Positions 33,384-45,600 of a DNA stretch of 64,000 nucleotides are shown here, in pieces. This stretch comes from Mayamaea pseudoterrestris (taxonomy: Eukaryota). The notes below the pieces were generated by a model. The model worked only from the letters and a program-made list of their open reading frames with translations, ran no database searches and was not told the origin of the DNA. The stretch spans positions 682,001 to 746,000 of the forward strand of contig BROI01000013.1 in assembly GCA_027923505.1 (NCBI GenBank). Direction: 5' to 3'. A program made the translations under genes and the position numbers. Within the stretch, counting starts at the first letter, position 1, and every line of letters begins with the position of its first letter.

Positions 33384-34664
33384 TCATGCTTTAAGACACG
33401 GATCGCGCTTCCAACCATTCATGATCTGTTCGAATCGCGCTCGCCCGCTCACTGTGACACTCGGATAGTGCATAAACTCGCTCACAATCCACTCGCTCGT
33501 GAGCTTGGCCAGTCGCATGAGCTCGGCGCGGACAAGCAAGTATTCGTCGCGACAAATGTTAATCTTGAGTGCATTCTTGGCCGCCTGGATGGAAGCGTTG
33601 GTCCAGCTCATGCCGGGCTTGTAGGATGGAATGGGACCCAATATGGGTGATGACAAGTTGAGAAAGGCTTGCAAATCGTGACGAAACTCTGGCTCGAAGT
33701 CTGCGTCACTGAGTTGTGTCGTTTCGTACAAGAATACTGGATTGGGATGGTACAACACTTGACTCACGTTGAACCAGGTTTTGTTGAATTGTCCGACAAT
33801 GGATTCCACCAGTTGCGTTGACGTTGTTGATTGCTGCCTTGATAGTGTTGTCGACAGCGGCCCATTTTGCTTGCCCAGTCGCAGCAGCGCCGCCGCAAAG
33901 TTGGCCTTTTCCGTGCAAACCAACTGCATGCCCTTGTAGCACCTTCCAATCAATAAATTGGGATGCTTCAACGCAATGGCGCCATTGGGTAAATTTTGTA
34001 CGCGAAAATTGTACAGCGACTGAAACCACTGGACGGGATGTCGAATTCCGACAATCAACTTTGTCTGCGGCCAGTGTTTGCGATAGTATTCCAAAATGTG
34101 CGGCTCGGTAATTTCCGCTGGGCACTTGTAGCCCCTTTGGAGTTGCGGCAACGCCGGTTGGCCGTGGTAGAGCAGCTCGACGAGTTGCACTGGTCGCGAG
34201 TGAATGAGCTCCCAAATCTCCTGGCGAAAGCAGGCAACTTGGTCGTGTTGCGCCAGTGTATGCATTAATGTGGAGGTGCCGCACTTTCCGAATCCGACAA
34301 TGGCGAAATCGAGTAGAAACTGAACGTTTCCGGTAATGCTGTTGGTGCGAGTGTCAATGAGTGACGAAAGTGGAGGGCGATGCACATGTGAAGATGCTTT
34401 CGTCAAGCTGCTGCTGTGATTGCCGGCGCGACGAAAGACGGTTCTCGTAACGACTCCACCTCCAGAGTTGCTGGTAATTATTGTAGTCGCATTTCGAAAG
34501 TCTTGTGATTGTTTGAATGAAAGGAGCGCAGAATCATTCACTATTGACGTTTGCAGCTGCTGCGCGTAATGCAGTCGCACAAGGATGGAGAAAAAGGCCA
34601 CGAATACGATCAATAGTAGACAAGTAATATATGATTTGATTCGTCTCCAGGGCATCCGATGCAT
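33384..34664 (-). CDS. Type II membrane sulfotransferase-like protein, paralog of 13387-14805
   Basis: TM anchor, RPPLSSL..GNVQFLLDFAIVGFGKCGTST, GYKCPAEI, LIVGIRHPVQWFQSLYNFRVQN and C-terminal W..DPC shared with the paralog. Confidence 0.85.
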   Translation of the reverse strand: MHRMPWRRIKSYITCLLLIVFVAFFSILVRLHYAQQLQTSIVNDSALLSFKQSQDFRNATTIITSNSGGGVVTRTVFRRAGNHSSSLTKASSHVHRPPLSSLIDTRTNSITGNVQFLLDFAIVGFGKCGTSTLMHTLAQHDQVACFRQEIWELIHSRPVQLVELLYHGQPALPQLQRGYKCPAEITEPHILEYYRKHWPQTKLIVGIRHPVQWFQSLYNFRVQNLPNGAIALKHPNLLIGRCYKGMQLVCTEKANFAAALLRLGKQNGPLSTTLSRQQSTTSTQLVESIVGQFNKTWFNVSQVLYHPNPVFLYETTQLSDADFEPEFRHDLQAFLNLSSPILGPIPSYKPGMSWTNASIQAAKNALKINICRDEYLLVRAELMRLAKLTSEWIVSEFMHYPSVTVSGRARFEQIMNGWKRDPCLKA

Positions 34665-35009
34665 CAGAGTCGCTTGTCTTGCTATTGTGGAGCATGGAAC
34701 GAGGTGATTTGGTGCAGTCAAATTGACGGCGATGATGATGTGCTTTTCTCGGATCATGGTGATGGATAAAAAGCGTGACAAAACGTCGTAGCGGTTATGC
34801 AGCTTTCGGGACGCGCGGTACTTTCAGCTATCGTTTCGTCGTTGCTAGTTTATGCAAGTGGACAAAGTCCTTGCTGCAAGCGAGATATCTACGTGCGTCC
34901 TTGGACCTCCTTCCATACGCCGTAAGGCCTTGAAAATAGCTACTGCGACAGGCTATAAACAAAAACTCAAATTAGTTTAAAAATTTAGTGAAACCTCGAT
35001 CAAAACAGT

Positions 35010-35067
35010 TGCCGCTAAGGCTTCCAAAACTCGTTTCAAAACGATAGCAAAAAGCCTTGCAGCAGCA
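35010..35067 (-). promoter_or_regulatory. Long stem-loop in the 3' UTR of the SSS transporter gene
   Basis: Minus strand: UGCUGCU/AGCGGCA, AAGGCUUUU/GGAAGCCUU and UCGUU/AACGA nested stems around a UUGA loop, starting ~37 nt after the stop. Confidence 0.5.
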
Positions 35068-35104
35068 TCAAAATAGCACTCCGCTCTTAACTCACTTTGC
35101 CAGT

Positions 35105-37844
35105 CTACGCAGACTCCTCTTTTTCCATGGCCGAATCCGGTGTGGCGTCGTCACCTTTCGTCACATGTTCCTTGACCATGCCATTTGCATGACTATTACC
35201 CATTTGCGTTTGAATGGGCTTGCCTGAATCGTCGGCAAAGGAAATCTTGGTATTTTGCGTATTGTCATGGTTTTGCTCCCACACTTCCACTGGAATACCC
35301 ATGTTGCCAATGTGCAGAGAGCTCTTGAGAGGATGCTCCGTCGTGTCCTTCAAGTAGGCTTCCGATCCGGCGTATTCAAAAATGGCGCGACCAGTCTTCC
35401 ACTCAATGGTCTGCAAAAAACACAGGTGCGAAACAAGATTGGTGAGTGAGTGAGCTTGATCACCGCCATGTAAATCGCGCGACATCATACCGCAAGGTGA
35501 CATACCTGCACGGTAACAAACAAAATCAAACAAACCAATGGAGAGACGAGCGAGTCGACGCCGGTAAAATCCTTGTACTGCTCCTGCTGACAGGCTCCGT
35601 CGGACGGGTTCCAAACTTGATCGGCCGGAACGTCTACAAAGAAAGGAAACAAAGCGTTCGGAGCTGGACCAACGTCGTAAAATTCAATGTAGTCAAATGG
35701 AAGAATCAAAAAGCCGTCCTTGGGCAAGACAAATTCGAGCAAAATGCGGGTAAAGCCACCTCCGACAATGCCCAAGAGTGCAGCGCGCGGGCTTGGCTGT
35801 CTACAGTAGAAGCATCCAAGTAGCGGCACCACAACGGTCGCCAAAACAATGTCGAACGCAACAATCAGCAAGTACCCGGTTCCGCCACCCGAGCTGGAGC
35901 GATAAAAGGCTGCAATACTCGCACTAATGATTGTCATGGGCAATGTCGCAATGCGGGCAGCCGTCAACAAATTGTCTGGCGTGACCAAACTAGGAAACCA
36001 GGCATCTAGTTGGCGAAACACATTGTGCGACATGACCGTGCCCATGGCCAGTATGGCGCCGTTTGCCGTACTCATACTCGCGGCAATGATCCCAACAATG
36101 CACCAGGCACCAAGGAACGGTTGTACATCATGCGTCAGCAGCTTGATGAAGGCTTGTGGATCGGGCAACCACAGCGCGCATTGCGCAATGCCCAACGCCG
36201 CCGAGCACGAATCCGCCTCGTAGTTGGCATGCACTGAGTCTGGTCCGTAGTAGACGCGCGTTATCGCACCTAAATACGCAAACGGAACGCCAATCAGAAA
36301 CGTAAAGCAACCAGCCAAGATGCATCCGGACCTTGCCACGCTGGGTGACTTGGCCGACATGCAGCGCGCCTGAAAGTCCAGTGCGCCCAGGTTGCCGACG
36401 GCTAGAATGAATATCGTGCACCAGTTCCAAAATATGGAGCTTGGAAATGGCGAGAGCGCCAATGGATCAACCATGGTGTTGGGGTAGATGGGAAGGTCAC
36501 CGATGGGGTAGGCACCGCGATCGTAACGTTCGCACGTCACTGTTGGATCGTCGTTGTAGCCCGGACACCACTTTGCAATATTATAGCAGCAAGCAGTAAC
36601 GTCATTGTCGCATGCTACGCCATCGTAGGCAGCGCAAGCGCCATTCGGATCATCCATGGTATCTGGGTAAATGTAGCCTGCGGATGAATTGAGACGATTG
36701 ATATGAGCAACAAAATGACACTCGGTCACTTCGCACTCATTCATTTCACTCACCGGGAAAGCCAATGCTTGCCACTGGTGCACTGGGATCTTCATTCACA
36801 ATCATGAAATAGGCAAAAACAACACACCCACTCCACCCAATCACCGCCAAGCAAACGTCCGTATACGTGACGCTGTACAAGCCGCCACCCACCGTGTACA
36901 ACCAAATAATGGCCGCCGCCATCCAAATGGAGGCCGTTTCGGAAAACTCCCACAAGTAGGAAGTCACGACACCAAACCTCAGCAAGTTACCAGCCAGCAG
37001 CATGATGAAGCTACACGTCGTTGCCAAACTCACCAAGACTTCCACAATGCGACCGTAGCGCTTGGCGAACACGTCGGGCAACGTCAACGCCTCGTCATTA
37101 TTAATGTGATGCGCCAGAAACAAGCCATTCAAAATCAACGACAGTCCCAAGCCCACCGGCAGAACCACGCCGTCCCAAAAGGAAAAGCGATACGACAAGT
37201 CAACGTTGCCCAGCAAGGCGTTGCTGTCGACGGACTGCGCGGCGAGCGTCACGGCGACAACCCAGAGTGGCAGCGAGCGGCCTGTGAGATTGTGTGAGAG
37301 TGTGTGAGTGGTTGAAATGAGACGAAGTGAGTATTAATTACGAGTGAGTCAGTTGCATTACTCTCCTTGACACTCTCCTTGTCGTACCTGCCACGAAAAA
37401 GTTGATGGATTGTCCGCGCACCAAAAAGTATGTGGCGGCCCCAATGCAGAAGCAAATGGCGACAATGATTGCAACGGCAATTCCGTAGCCTGAGTGTAAG
37501 AAAAGAAGATTGAATACGACGAGTGAGACAAGCATAAAGAAATGTCGAGGCATATTCATCAATCACTCATGCCGCCAGTCTCTCATATTCTCAATTTTGT
37601 AGTACGCACCAGGACCTGGCTTTGACGTTGTCACTGGACACGTCAATCCGCAAACGTCCTGCATGCAGCACGAGTCTGGTTTCGGCAGCGAGTCTCCGCC
37701 GCCAAAGATTTCCTCCAGCGTCGCGTTCGACAAGCATGATGACGAAACATTGTCAATGAGAGTCGAAACAATGGTGACAAGCAGAAGAGTTCCTGCTGCT
37801 GCTCCAGTACTTGCGTCATGGCGCAGCAACTTGAACGACACCAT
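35105..37844 (-). CDS. Sodium:solute symporter (SLC5), SSSP/ThiV-like putative thiamine or thiamine-precursor transporter
   Basis: NFFVAGRSLPLWVVAVTLAAQSVDSNALLGNVDLSY, LTLPDVFAKRYG, YTVGGGLYSVTYTD, DFQARCMSAKS, AASMST. Signal-peptide-like N-terminus and Cys-rich ectodomain. Introns 37609-37490, 37387-37282, 36753-36678, 35505-35411. Confidence 0.85.
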
Positions 37845-38403
37845 GGTGAACGTAGGCAGCAGTGCAGTGATCCTGCTGCCTGCCACTGACAGGAGGGGCA
37901 AGTCGCGGAATGAGCTCATGTCACAAGATCCGTCGCTGGGAGCGGAGTTTCGCGCATGTCAAACTTCACGAGCTTGGCACTCGCTGTTTCGTCAGCTGTC
38001 ACATTGTTTCCGTGAATACGGCTTAAGTAAAAGATGCAGGTGTTTTGAACGCATAGTAAAAGGCTATAGTAAATTTTGGAGACTTCCTGTCACAATGTCA
38101 CAACTTCAATGATGGATGTCACTGATTGGTTCGTTCATGGCTTTCAACTTCCACTGGGCGTCACGGAAGTTTCACACGAATGACTCAGTCATGTCTGTCG
38201 TCGATCACTTGCTTCAAGAGGCCTTGCTCCGGTCCAAGCCCCAAGCCAAGCTTGACTGCAATAATGTTTCGAACGAACGAGAACTTGTGGATGCGACCGT
38301 TCAGCGAGTCAGGCCGGACACACGAAGTATCATGAGCTCCATCCACAAGACTTGATAATTGGGCGTGTGCACCATTATCATCCACAGAAGACGCAACTAC
38401 ACC

Positions 38404-39819
38404 ATGGTTTCGCGAAACGAGACAAGCAGCAATGACAAGAGTAGTAGCCGGGATGATCTTGTCGTTACTAGTCATGATCGCCACGGCGAGCTCGAACAGC
38501 CGCAGCAGCAACATTGCCACTACTCGTCGCAAAACCTGATTGTCCGACTTTTCTGGATCGTCAGCGTACTCTTTTCGTACGTGGTCCTTTCCTCCATTTT
38601 GGAATGTAACTCGCGGTCAATCTCGAACCAAACGTTTCGATCTTCCGGCAATGTGCGCGAACGAAACTTTAGTCGTCAATTTCAAATGCCATACGACAAC
38701 GTCAATGTTGCGAAAGAAAACGAAAAAGTACCTTGTCAAGGCAAGGAACAGCTCGTTTCCATTCTGCGCGCGGCGGGCATCAACGTTGCTGCCAATGATT
38801 CCAGCGTTTGCGCCAGTTTGCCAACCTGGAAGGAGGTGGAGGAGCTCTACGGCAGCGAGCCTCGCATTCTTGGTCTGGAAACTTGTCAAAGATACCGAGA
38901 CATGATTCAGCAAGCGCAGCAAGCCAAACGCCAAGACAATGTCACAGTCTATCCCATGCCGCGGGTGGCTGGTTTGCAAAACTGCGGCACCACCGCCTTT
39001 GCCGATACACTGCAGCACAATCTCGTTGTGGATCCGACGATTCATTCGGACAGTCCGCGGGCGTATAACGTTCCTTGGCGGAAACATACTCCCATTCAGT
39101 TCAAGGATTTCGTCACGTCCGACTCGTACGACTGGCAGGAGGACAAGGAGTTGGTGCTGCCGATTGTGATTGCACGGGATCCATACCGGTGGATGGCCAG
39201 CATGGTAAGTGAGAGCTATTTATTCATTTTGTTTTAATATACTGTCATCGCTGACATTTTCATTTTTGCATTACAGTGCGAAATGAACTACAATGTGAAC
39301 TGGGTCTTTTCGAATCGTCACTGCCCGAATTTGGTTGCCTACCCCGAGCAAAACATGGAATCTGCACCTCTCGAAAACGTTCCCGTCGTATTTGCGCTCA
39401 ACGAGCCGACGCTTAAAGTGGATGTGCAATATCCTTCGTTAGCGCACATGTGGTCGACCTTTAACCGCGACTATTTGGAGTACGACGCGCCGCGATTGAT
39501 GATACGGTACGAGGACACGTTGTTTCACGGCGAAAAGGTCTTTGAGGCGATTCAAGACTGCGTTGGCGGCATGCCTTCTCGCTACATTAGTTTCCAGCCC
39601 TACGTTTGGAACGCCAAGGAAGGATCCGCCGACTTGGTGGGTGCCTTGACCAAGAATGGGCGCCAACAAGGCCGGTACTCGGAAATGATTGCTGAAGATA
39701 TTGATTACGCCATACAGCATTTGGATCCGGAGCTCATGGAGCTGCTACACTATGTCAATCCAACGCAGATTCCAGCAGACTCGTATGCGGCGGAAGATTT
39801 GAGGAATCGTGAAAATTAG
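38404..39819 (+). CDS. Type II membrane sulfotransferase-like protein (second diatom family)
   Basis: TM anchor, RVAGLQNCGTTA (PSB-like), VPWRKH, PIVIARDPYRWMASM|C and LMIRYEDTLF. Intron 39205-39276. Confidence 0.8.
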
Positions 39820-39925
39820 CATCATGCCGTGGGCGAAAATGTGGTTTGACGAGTTTGGACGACTGATTGCCATGACAGCTGCTTTGTTGTACAATATAAT
39901 ATATGCAAATAAGGTTATGAATATT

Positions 39926-41848
39926 TTACAAATGTATAAGAGCTTCGTTTGCGCCATTACTGTTGCTGCTTCCACTCGAATTACTGCCATCCAAATCATC
40001 GTCGCGGCTTTCGCGTCGAGTTTTCAGTGCTGTCGCTGTTGTTGCAACATCTTTGTGTTCTAATGATGCTTCCTTACTACCGATCATTGGCATTGGCAAT
40101 GGTTTTGTCGCTGGTACAGTGATTCTGTGCTTGCGGTAGTGGAGCGCCTTTGGATGGCACGTGGCGGCGCTGGAAAACATGGCCGCCAATTGCTCCAGCG
40201 GCAGCGTCACCAATCGTTTGCGAGGCGAGTCGTCTCCGTTGCAGCCGCCAACGACGCAGGATGCCGTTGCGGCAGGCGACTCGTTAATATTGTCGTTTGC
40301 AGCGTCCAGCGCCACATTAGCGTTTGCTGTTTCAAACGCGCCATCCAACCGTTCTCGCTGCTCGCCTTCAGTGGACTGCAACCACGACGCTCCAATCTCC
40401 TCCAGCGCCACCATGTCGTCATGAGACACGTTGATATCCGGAAGATTATCGGACACAAGCAAGTGCGGCAGCATGCGACGGTTATGCCGCGCATTGGCGC
40501 ACAATCGCACCGCCTTTTGGAGCCGTCGACTCGCCAGTAGACCATTGATGGCGGGCGTTAGTTGCTTGGGCAGCCAACCTTGGGGCGTCGCCCAGAGAAC
40601 GTCGCGCCACTGAAAGGAATAGTCTTGGAGGCAGGAGGCGTTCAATAGTTCCATCATGTTATTGTTGTTGTTATTGTCACCTTTTGGTTCATCGCTGCTA
40701 CTACCACTAGTGTCGTTGACAGTCGTCGCACTCGTCTGGCGCGACCCTTGCCACTGACACAGGAACGCATACTCTTGCTGCGCCAACGCCGGACTAGTCG
40801 CTAGTTGCGGCAGCTTCGTCAAAACGTCCTTGATCGACAATTTATCATGGCAGAGGTAGCTGCAGGAAATGAATTCAAACTTTTTGACGTGCGGCGCCAC
40901 GAGCAAGATGCAGACGCGGCGAAAGTATTTGGACAGAATAGCGTCGTCGTGCAAGTTGTGGTAGGAGCAGTCGACAATGTGAACGCAAACCAAGTTTTGC
41001 TCGTGGTCGTCGGCCCAGGAAATGCGGCGGTGGCGGCGAGTAGTTGGAGACGTTGGAGGCGACGTTAAAGAATGTTTGACTTGCTGCTGCTGCATTTGGT
41101 CCGCGGCATTTGTACTTGCTGCTGCAACCTTGATAGATTCGCCGTCATTGCTTCGTTCATTCTCGTCATTGCCTTGTTCATCATTGTCTTCTTGACAGTA
41201 GTAGTAGTTCGACGGCCAGGATGCATCAAAATGAGGCGATTGAAGTGACCCACAAAATTGAAGGGGCGTTTCGTCGTACCAGCGACTAAAGCGCAGCAAG
41301 ACCGACATTACGTCTTCCTCTGGCTCGTCGTCGTTCTCGTCATTGTCGTCATTGTTTTCGTGACTCTGCTGCTGCTTCAAGATTGTACGCGTTTCTTCTT
41401 TCAAAGCTGATACTGGCTGCTGCGGCTTCTTGTGTATCGTCTCAATTGATTCATGCTCCAAGATTCCGTCGTCGTCGTCATCAGCATTGTCCTCCTGTAG
41501 TTCCGTTTCGGACCACCATCCAGCGTAGGAGGCTACTTGATGTGATTGCTTCAGCAGTGGCTCCTCCGTGTCCGACTCTTCCTGCTCCTCCTGCTGCATA
41601 ACGGCATGATTCAAAGTCGTGGCGTCACTTGCCGCCGCCATTGTCGCATGATGCAGTTTGCGACTCCTTCGTCGCTGCATAATGCGAGGCGCAATGGACG
41701 CGCCAAAGAATGAGAGACTATTGTTAGTGCTGCTTTCAATGTCATTTTCTTCCTTGTTGAGTGAGCAAAAGACGTCGTGGCGGCGGCGGCTGGGTCGCTT
41801 GGAGTGCAGAATCAAGACGGATCGGCCGAAGCGACGACGAGGACGCAT
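39926..41848 (-). CDS. Hypothetical protein with PP1-docking-like RISWAD motif and putative ubiquitin-like domain
   Basis: 640-aa ORF with RRISWADDHEQNLVCVH, followed by a compact beta/alpha domain (VCILLVAPHVKKFEFI...IKDVL...ELLN...DVLWATP). Start codon uncertain. Confidence 0.65.
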   Translation of the reverse strand: MRPRRRFGRSVLILHSKRPSRRRHDVFCSLNKEENDIESSTNNSLSFFGASIAPRIMQRRRSRKLHHATMAAASDATTLNHAVMQQEEQEESDTEEPLLKQSHQVASYAGWWSETELQEDNADDDDDGILEHESIETIHKKPQQPVSALKEETRTILKQQQSHENNDDNDENDDEPEEDVMSVLLRFSRWYDETPLQFCGSLQSPHFDASWPSNYYYCQEDNDEQGNDENERSNDGESIKVAAASTNAADQMQQQQVKHSLTSPPTSPTTRRHRRISWADDHEQNLVCVHIVDCSYHNLHDDAILSKYFRRVCILLVAPHVKKFEFISCSYLCHDKLSIKDVLTKLPQLATSPALAQQEYAFLCQWQGSRQTSATTVNDTSGSSSDEPKGDNNNNNNMMELLNASCLQDYSFQWRDVLWATPQGWLPKQLTPAINGLLASRRLQKAVRLCANARHNRRMLPHLLVSDNLPDINVSHDDMVALEEIGASWLQSTEGEQRERLDGAFETANANVALDAANDNINESPAATASCVVGGCNGDDSPRKRLVTLPLEQLAAMFSSAATCHPKALHYRKHRITVPATKPLPMPMIGSKEASLEHKDVATTATALKTRRESRDDDLDGSNSSGSSNSNGANEALIHL

Positions 41849-42614
41849 GACGGTGAATGACTGTTTCAGTGCTGCCTCTACTAATCAATCAACTAGACTT
41901 GCAGGTGCAGCATCTCCTTGCTTGTTGTCTCCTTGTCAATGGTACCTCTACCTTGTTCATTGGCGAGCATGTGTTATCGACTTGTTCCCATGGAGGAGCG
42001 AGCGGTGCACCAAAACCTTGCGCGAAGAACTTTCAGTGGTGATACGACGTGAGGACGTTTTAAAGATCGCGCTCGATTCGACGGTTAACGTAGCTACTGT
42101 ACCTGTGCCAATACGCAAGGCGAGATTCGGCCATTGGAGGCATGGGAGTGATGAAGTTCCAATCATGGGATGCACTTGTAGAGTTCAAGCGTTAGTAATC
42201 GCGAACCTGGCATTCCAGCAAATGCATTGCAACATACTTGGGCTTGCTCCATCGCCTCAAGTCGCGACGAATGAAAGATGGTTGATGGATTATGGCAATG
42301 CTGGCAATGTTATCAAAGGGTTTGAACAATGTCAATGAAGATACATATTTAGTATCTATTCGTGCTCATAAGGAAGTCGAAACGTGCCGCTTTTGGTGGC
42401 TCGGAAAAGGAGCAAGCTAAGCTTCTTCAAGTCAGCTAGTAGTCCTATTCCAGCTTTAAACATGTTATAAACATAACGGTTACACTTCGCATTAATACAA
42501 ACGGCTAACTTGCATCTAATTTAATTGAAACAGATGCTCCAGTGCAGTTGCAAGGGCGACGCTAGATTGCAGAAATTATAACGCAACACGCACGTCAAAA
42601 CAACACATTACAAT

Positions 42615-45600
42615 CTACGCCTTCTTCCAAAACGAGTCCATGTTAGCCGTCGCGGCGCCAATGGTCGCGTCCAGTGCCTTGCTGAGTTTCTTTTGCTCCT
42701 TGCGCTGCTTTCGGGCTTCCTCCTCCGCCTTGAAGCGTTTAATATCGTCGCGATCGTAGAATAAGTCAATCTTGGACTCGATTTCGTATCGATCCGTCGA
42801 GATTGTTTTGACGTCATTGTCGAACGATACGGTTCGTCGCACGTTACGTTCGTCGGGTGAGCCGGTGACATTTGATTCGCCGACCATGGGCGTATCCGTC
42901 GAGGCAGCGATGGGCTGTTTGTTTAGTGTCAGGTCGTCTTGCGCATCTGCACTCTCTCCTACGACCAGCATTGTTATTGCATTATGATGTGCTGTGTCAT
43001 CACTGACGCTCAATGCTTTCTTGACCGCTGGTATTGGATCGTCTGCACTACCTGACTCCTCGTCAGAATCTGACTCTTCATTTTCAGAACTGGATGACTC
43101 CGACTCCATATCTTCAGTTTCCGACTCTTCCTCGTCGGCGGATTCATCAGTGTCGGCGCCATCCTCATCGGTCTCCGAGCTCAAGTTCGATCGTTCCATG
43201 CAAGGAGGCTTTGAGCCATCGACAGTGCTTTCGTTCGCCGTAAGATCGATCGTATTGCTCTCTCGTTCGTCGTCCGAATCATAGTATACTTTCCTGCCGA
43301 CCGCGTTCAAATAGTAGACGGGTTCGCCGTCTTCATCAACATAAACTTTTGTGCCTTCCTCGTCTAGAAAAAATGGATTATTTTCAATGTCGTAAAAATA
43401 GCCGTCATCGTCTGGACTTGAGCCAGTTTTTGCTGCTGCGTTTGCTTGCTCTGGACTGATCACGTTGCTAATTGAAATTTTCGCTTTGACGGCCTCTGTG
43501 TCGTTGCTTACCACGCTTAATTCCAACCGTTCATCTTCGACTGCGGTTGTGGTGCATTCAGTCGATACCTCAGATTGTTTGACAGTGAACAACTCAACGA
43601 TTGATTGCTCGTCAACCGTTGCTACAGTCTCGACACATATGTCGCTCTCGTTTGCATTTGCGCCATCCTCTGTTGCTGATATAGCTTCTTGACACATTAT
43701 AGATTGATCGATACCGACTGCTACTTCCGAGACAACTTCATCAGTCAGCGTCTTCTCTACTTCAGGTTCGAGGTCGGAACTGCTGCTAGTACTCTCGTCG
43801 CCAACTGTCGTAAGCAGTGGCTCCCATGAAAGGGTCCCCATAATATTATGTGGTTTATCAGCGAGGCTACCGTGTAGCTCGGTCCATTCCTTTTGAAACC
43901 GAGCTGCGGTCTTGTCGAGCTGCATGTGCTTGAGATAGGACAGCACTGCGAGGGCCATACTGCTTTGTCGGTCGCTCTCATCGACGAGTCCTGCGGCATC
44001 CGACCTACCAGATGATAGAAGTGGCTCTCGGCGAGGGATGGTGTCAAATTTGATGTTGTCCAACGACGCTTGTACCATTGCCTTTTGGTGGTTTCTTCGC
44101 TGTCGGAGCGCTTCAAGCCGACTTTCCGGTTCGGCACATGATTCGGGCGGCACGAGCGCTTGATTTTCAGTAATGGTTTTATCGCCGATATGGTTCAAAA
44201 GTGCATCCTTGCTGATTGTCTTGCGATCAGTGGTGTCGCTTACGCATTCATCCAGCTCACGATTTCCTACAGATTCGGCAATTATATCGTGTGTTTCAGC
44301 AGGCGACTCGACTATAGCCAGTAACGCGCTTGCTTGCTCAGATTCGTCTTCGATTTGGTGGTTCAATGACGCGTGAGGCACGTGATTATCCACTATATTT
44401 TCTATGTTCACAATGTCATCTGGAGGATCAACTAACGGGCCTGCATTATCTGGCTCTGGCTCAAGGCTCTTGCCGAGTTCGTTGCCACGAGGAACGTCCC
44501 TTGATCCTCCAATCACAGGCTTGAGCAATTTCGAAAACCAACTACCCCTAGCTTGGTTTTTATCACCGTCCGTGACAGTGATGGGTGCTTGTACATCTGA
44601 TTCGCAATCTGGCAGTGTGTCTGCCTCTAATATACTTGATGCTTCAGTAGTGTGGGGTTTCGCCGGCGTTTCTGACGATAGTCCAACTTTGTGGCATTCA
44701 AATTCAATATTACCCGACAAGCTCGATGTAACGGCATCAGCTGTTACATCGCCTTTCGTTCCTGTAGCTATCGAGCGAATTGTGCCATTTTCGCTGGCAG
44801 ACGACTTGCTTACAACCGGTTTTGTGGCCTCAAGAGACTTGTTACCGATCGCCAAGTCCGTTTTAACGCCTACTCTTGACAACAAAGCCATTGCGTACTC
44901 CTGTTCTTTCGTCAAACAGTTATCCTCCTGGTCATCAGGATCTGTGCACGATTCGCTGTAACTCTCGCCGCAGCATTCACTGACGCTCTCCTCGTCAAGA
45001 TGACTATTATTGGTCTTCTGATCATTACTAACCTTGTGCGTCGCTAACAGATTTTCGTTCAGTCCAAGGCCACTTGAATCTCTTGCGGTTTCAACGCTCT
45101 CCATTGCGACATTGCAATTACTCATCTCGTTTGCAATACTGCCTACTTTTTGAACATTTGTAGACTCTTCCTCCGGTTGTTCGCCATGATGGGAGAAAGA
45201 TCCGCTCATCTCCTCATCCAAATGAAGCCCCTCGGGGCGCAGCGGCGTAACTCCATTGTCACAATTTTGACTCGATTCATCTGAATCTTCATGCGCTATC
45301 AATACTGCAATGGTAGGTGACGCAAGCTCCTCTGTGCCTGTGACCACATTATTCGTCAATGCCGGAGAACTGGCGCCGGATGTATTATTTGCTCCGGTAA
45401 GTTCACCTGGAGAGTCAGTGTTACTAGAGGTCGAATCCGATTGCAGAAAGAGTCCATTTTCCTTCTGCTCTTTCACTAGCAGTGCATTGTGCGAGCTCGC
45501 GGTTACAGAACATTGGCTACTGCTGTTATCGAAATCCACCTTACTCTCCGAGACGTCATTCACCGTCAGTTCGACCGCAGTATCCGCATCTGCATCTTTC

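Noticed and set aside
41658..42338. 226-aa plus-strand ORF
   Set aside because: Non-ATG start, overlaps the 5' end of the opposite gene, and has no recognisable domain.
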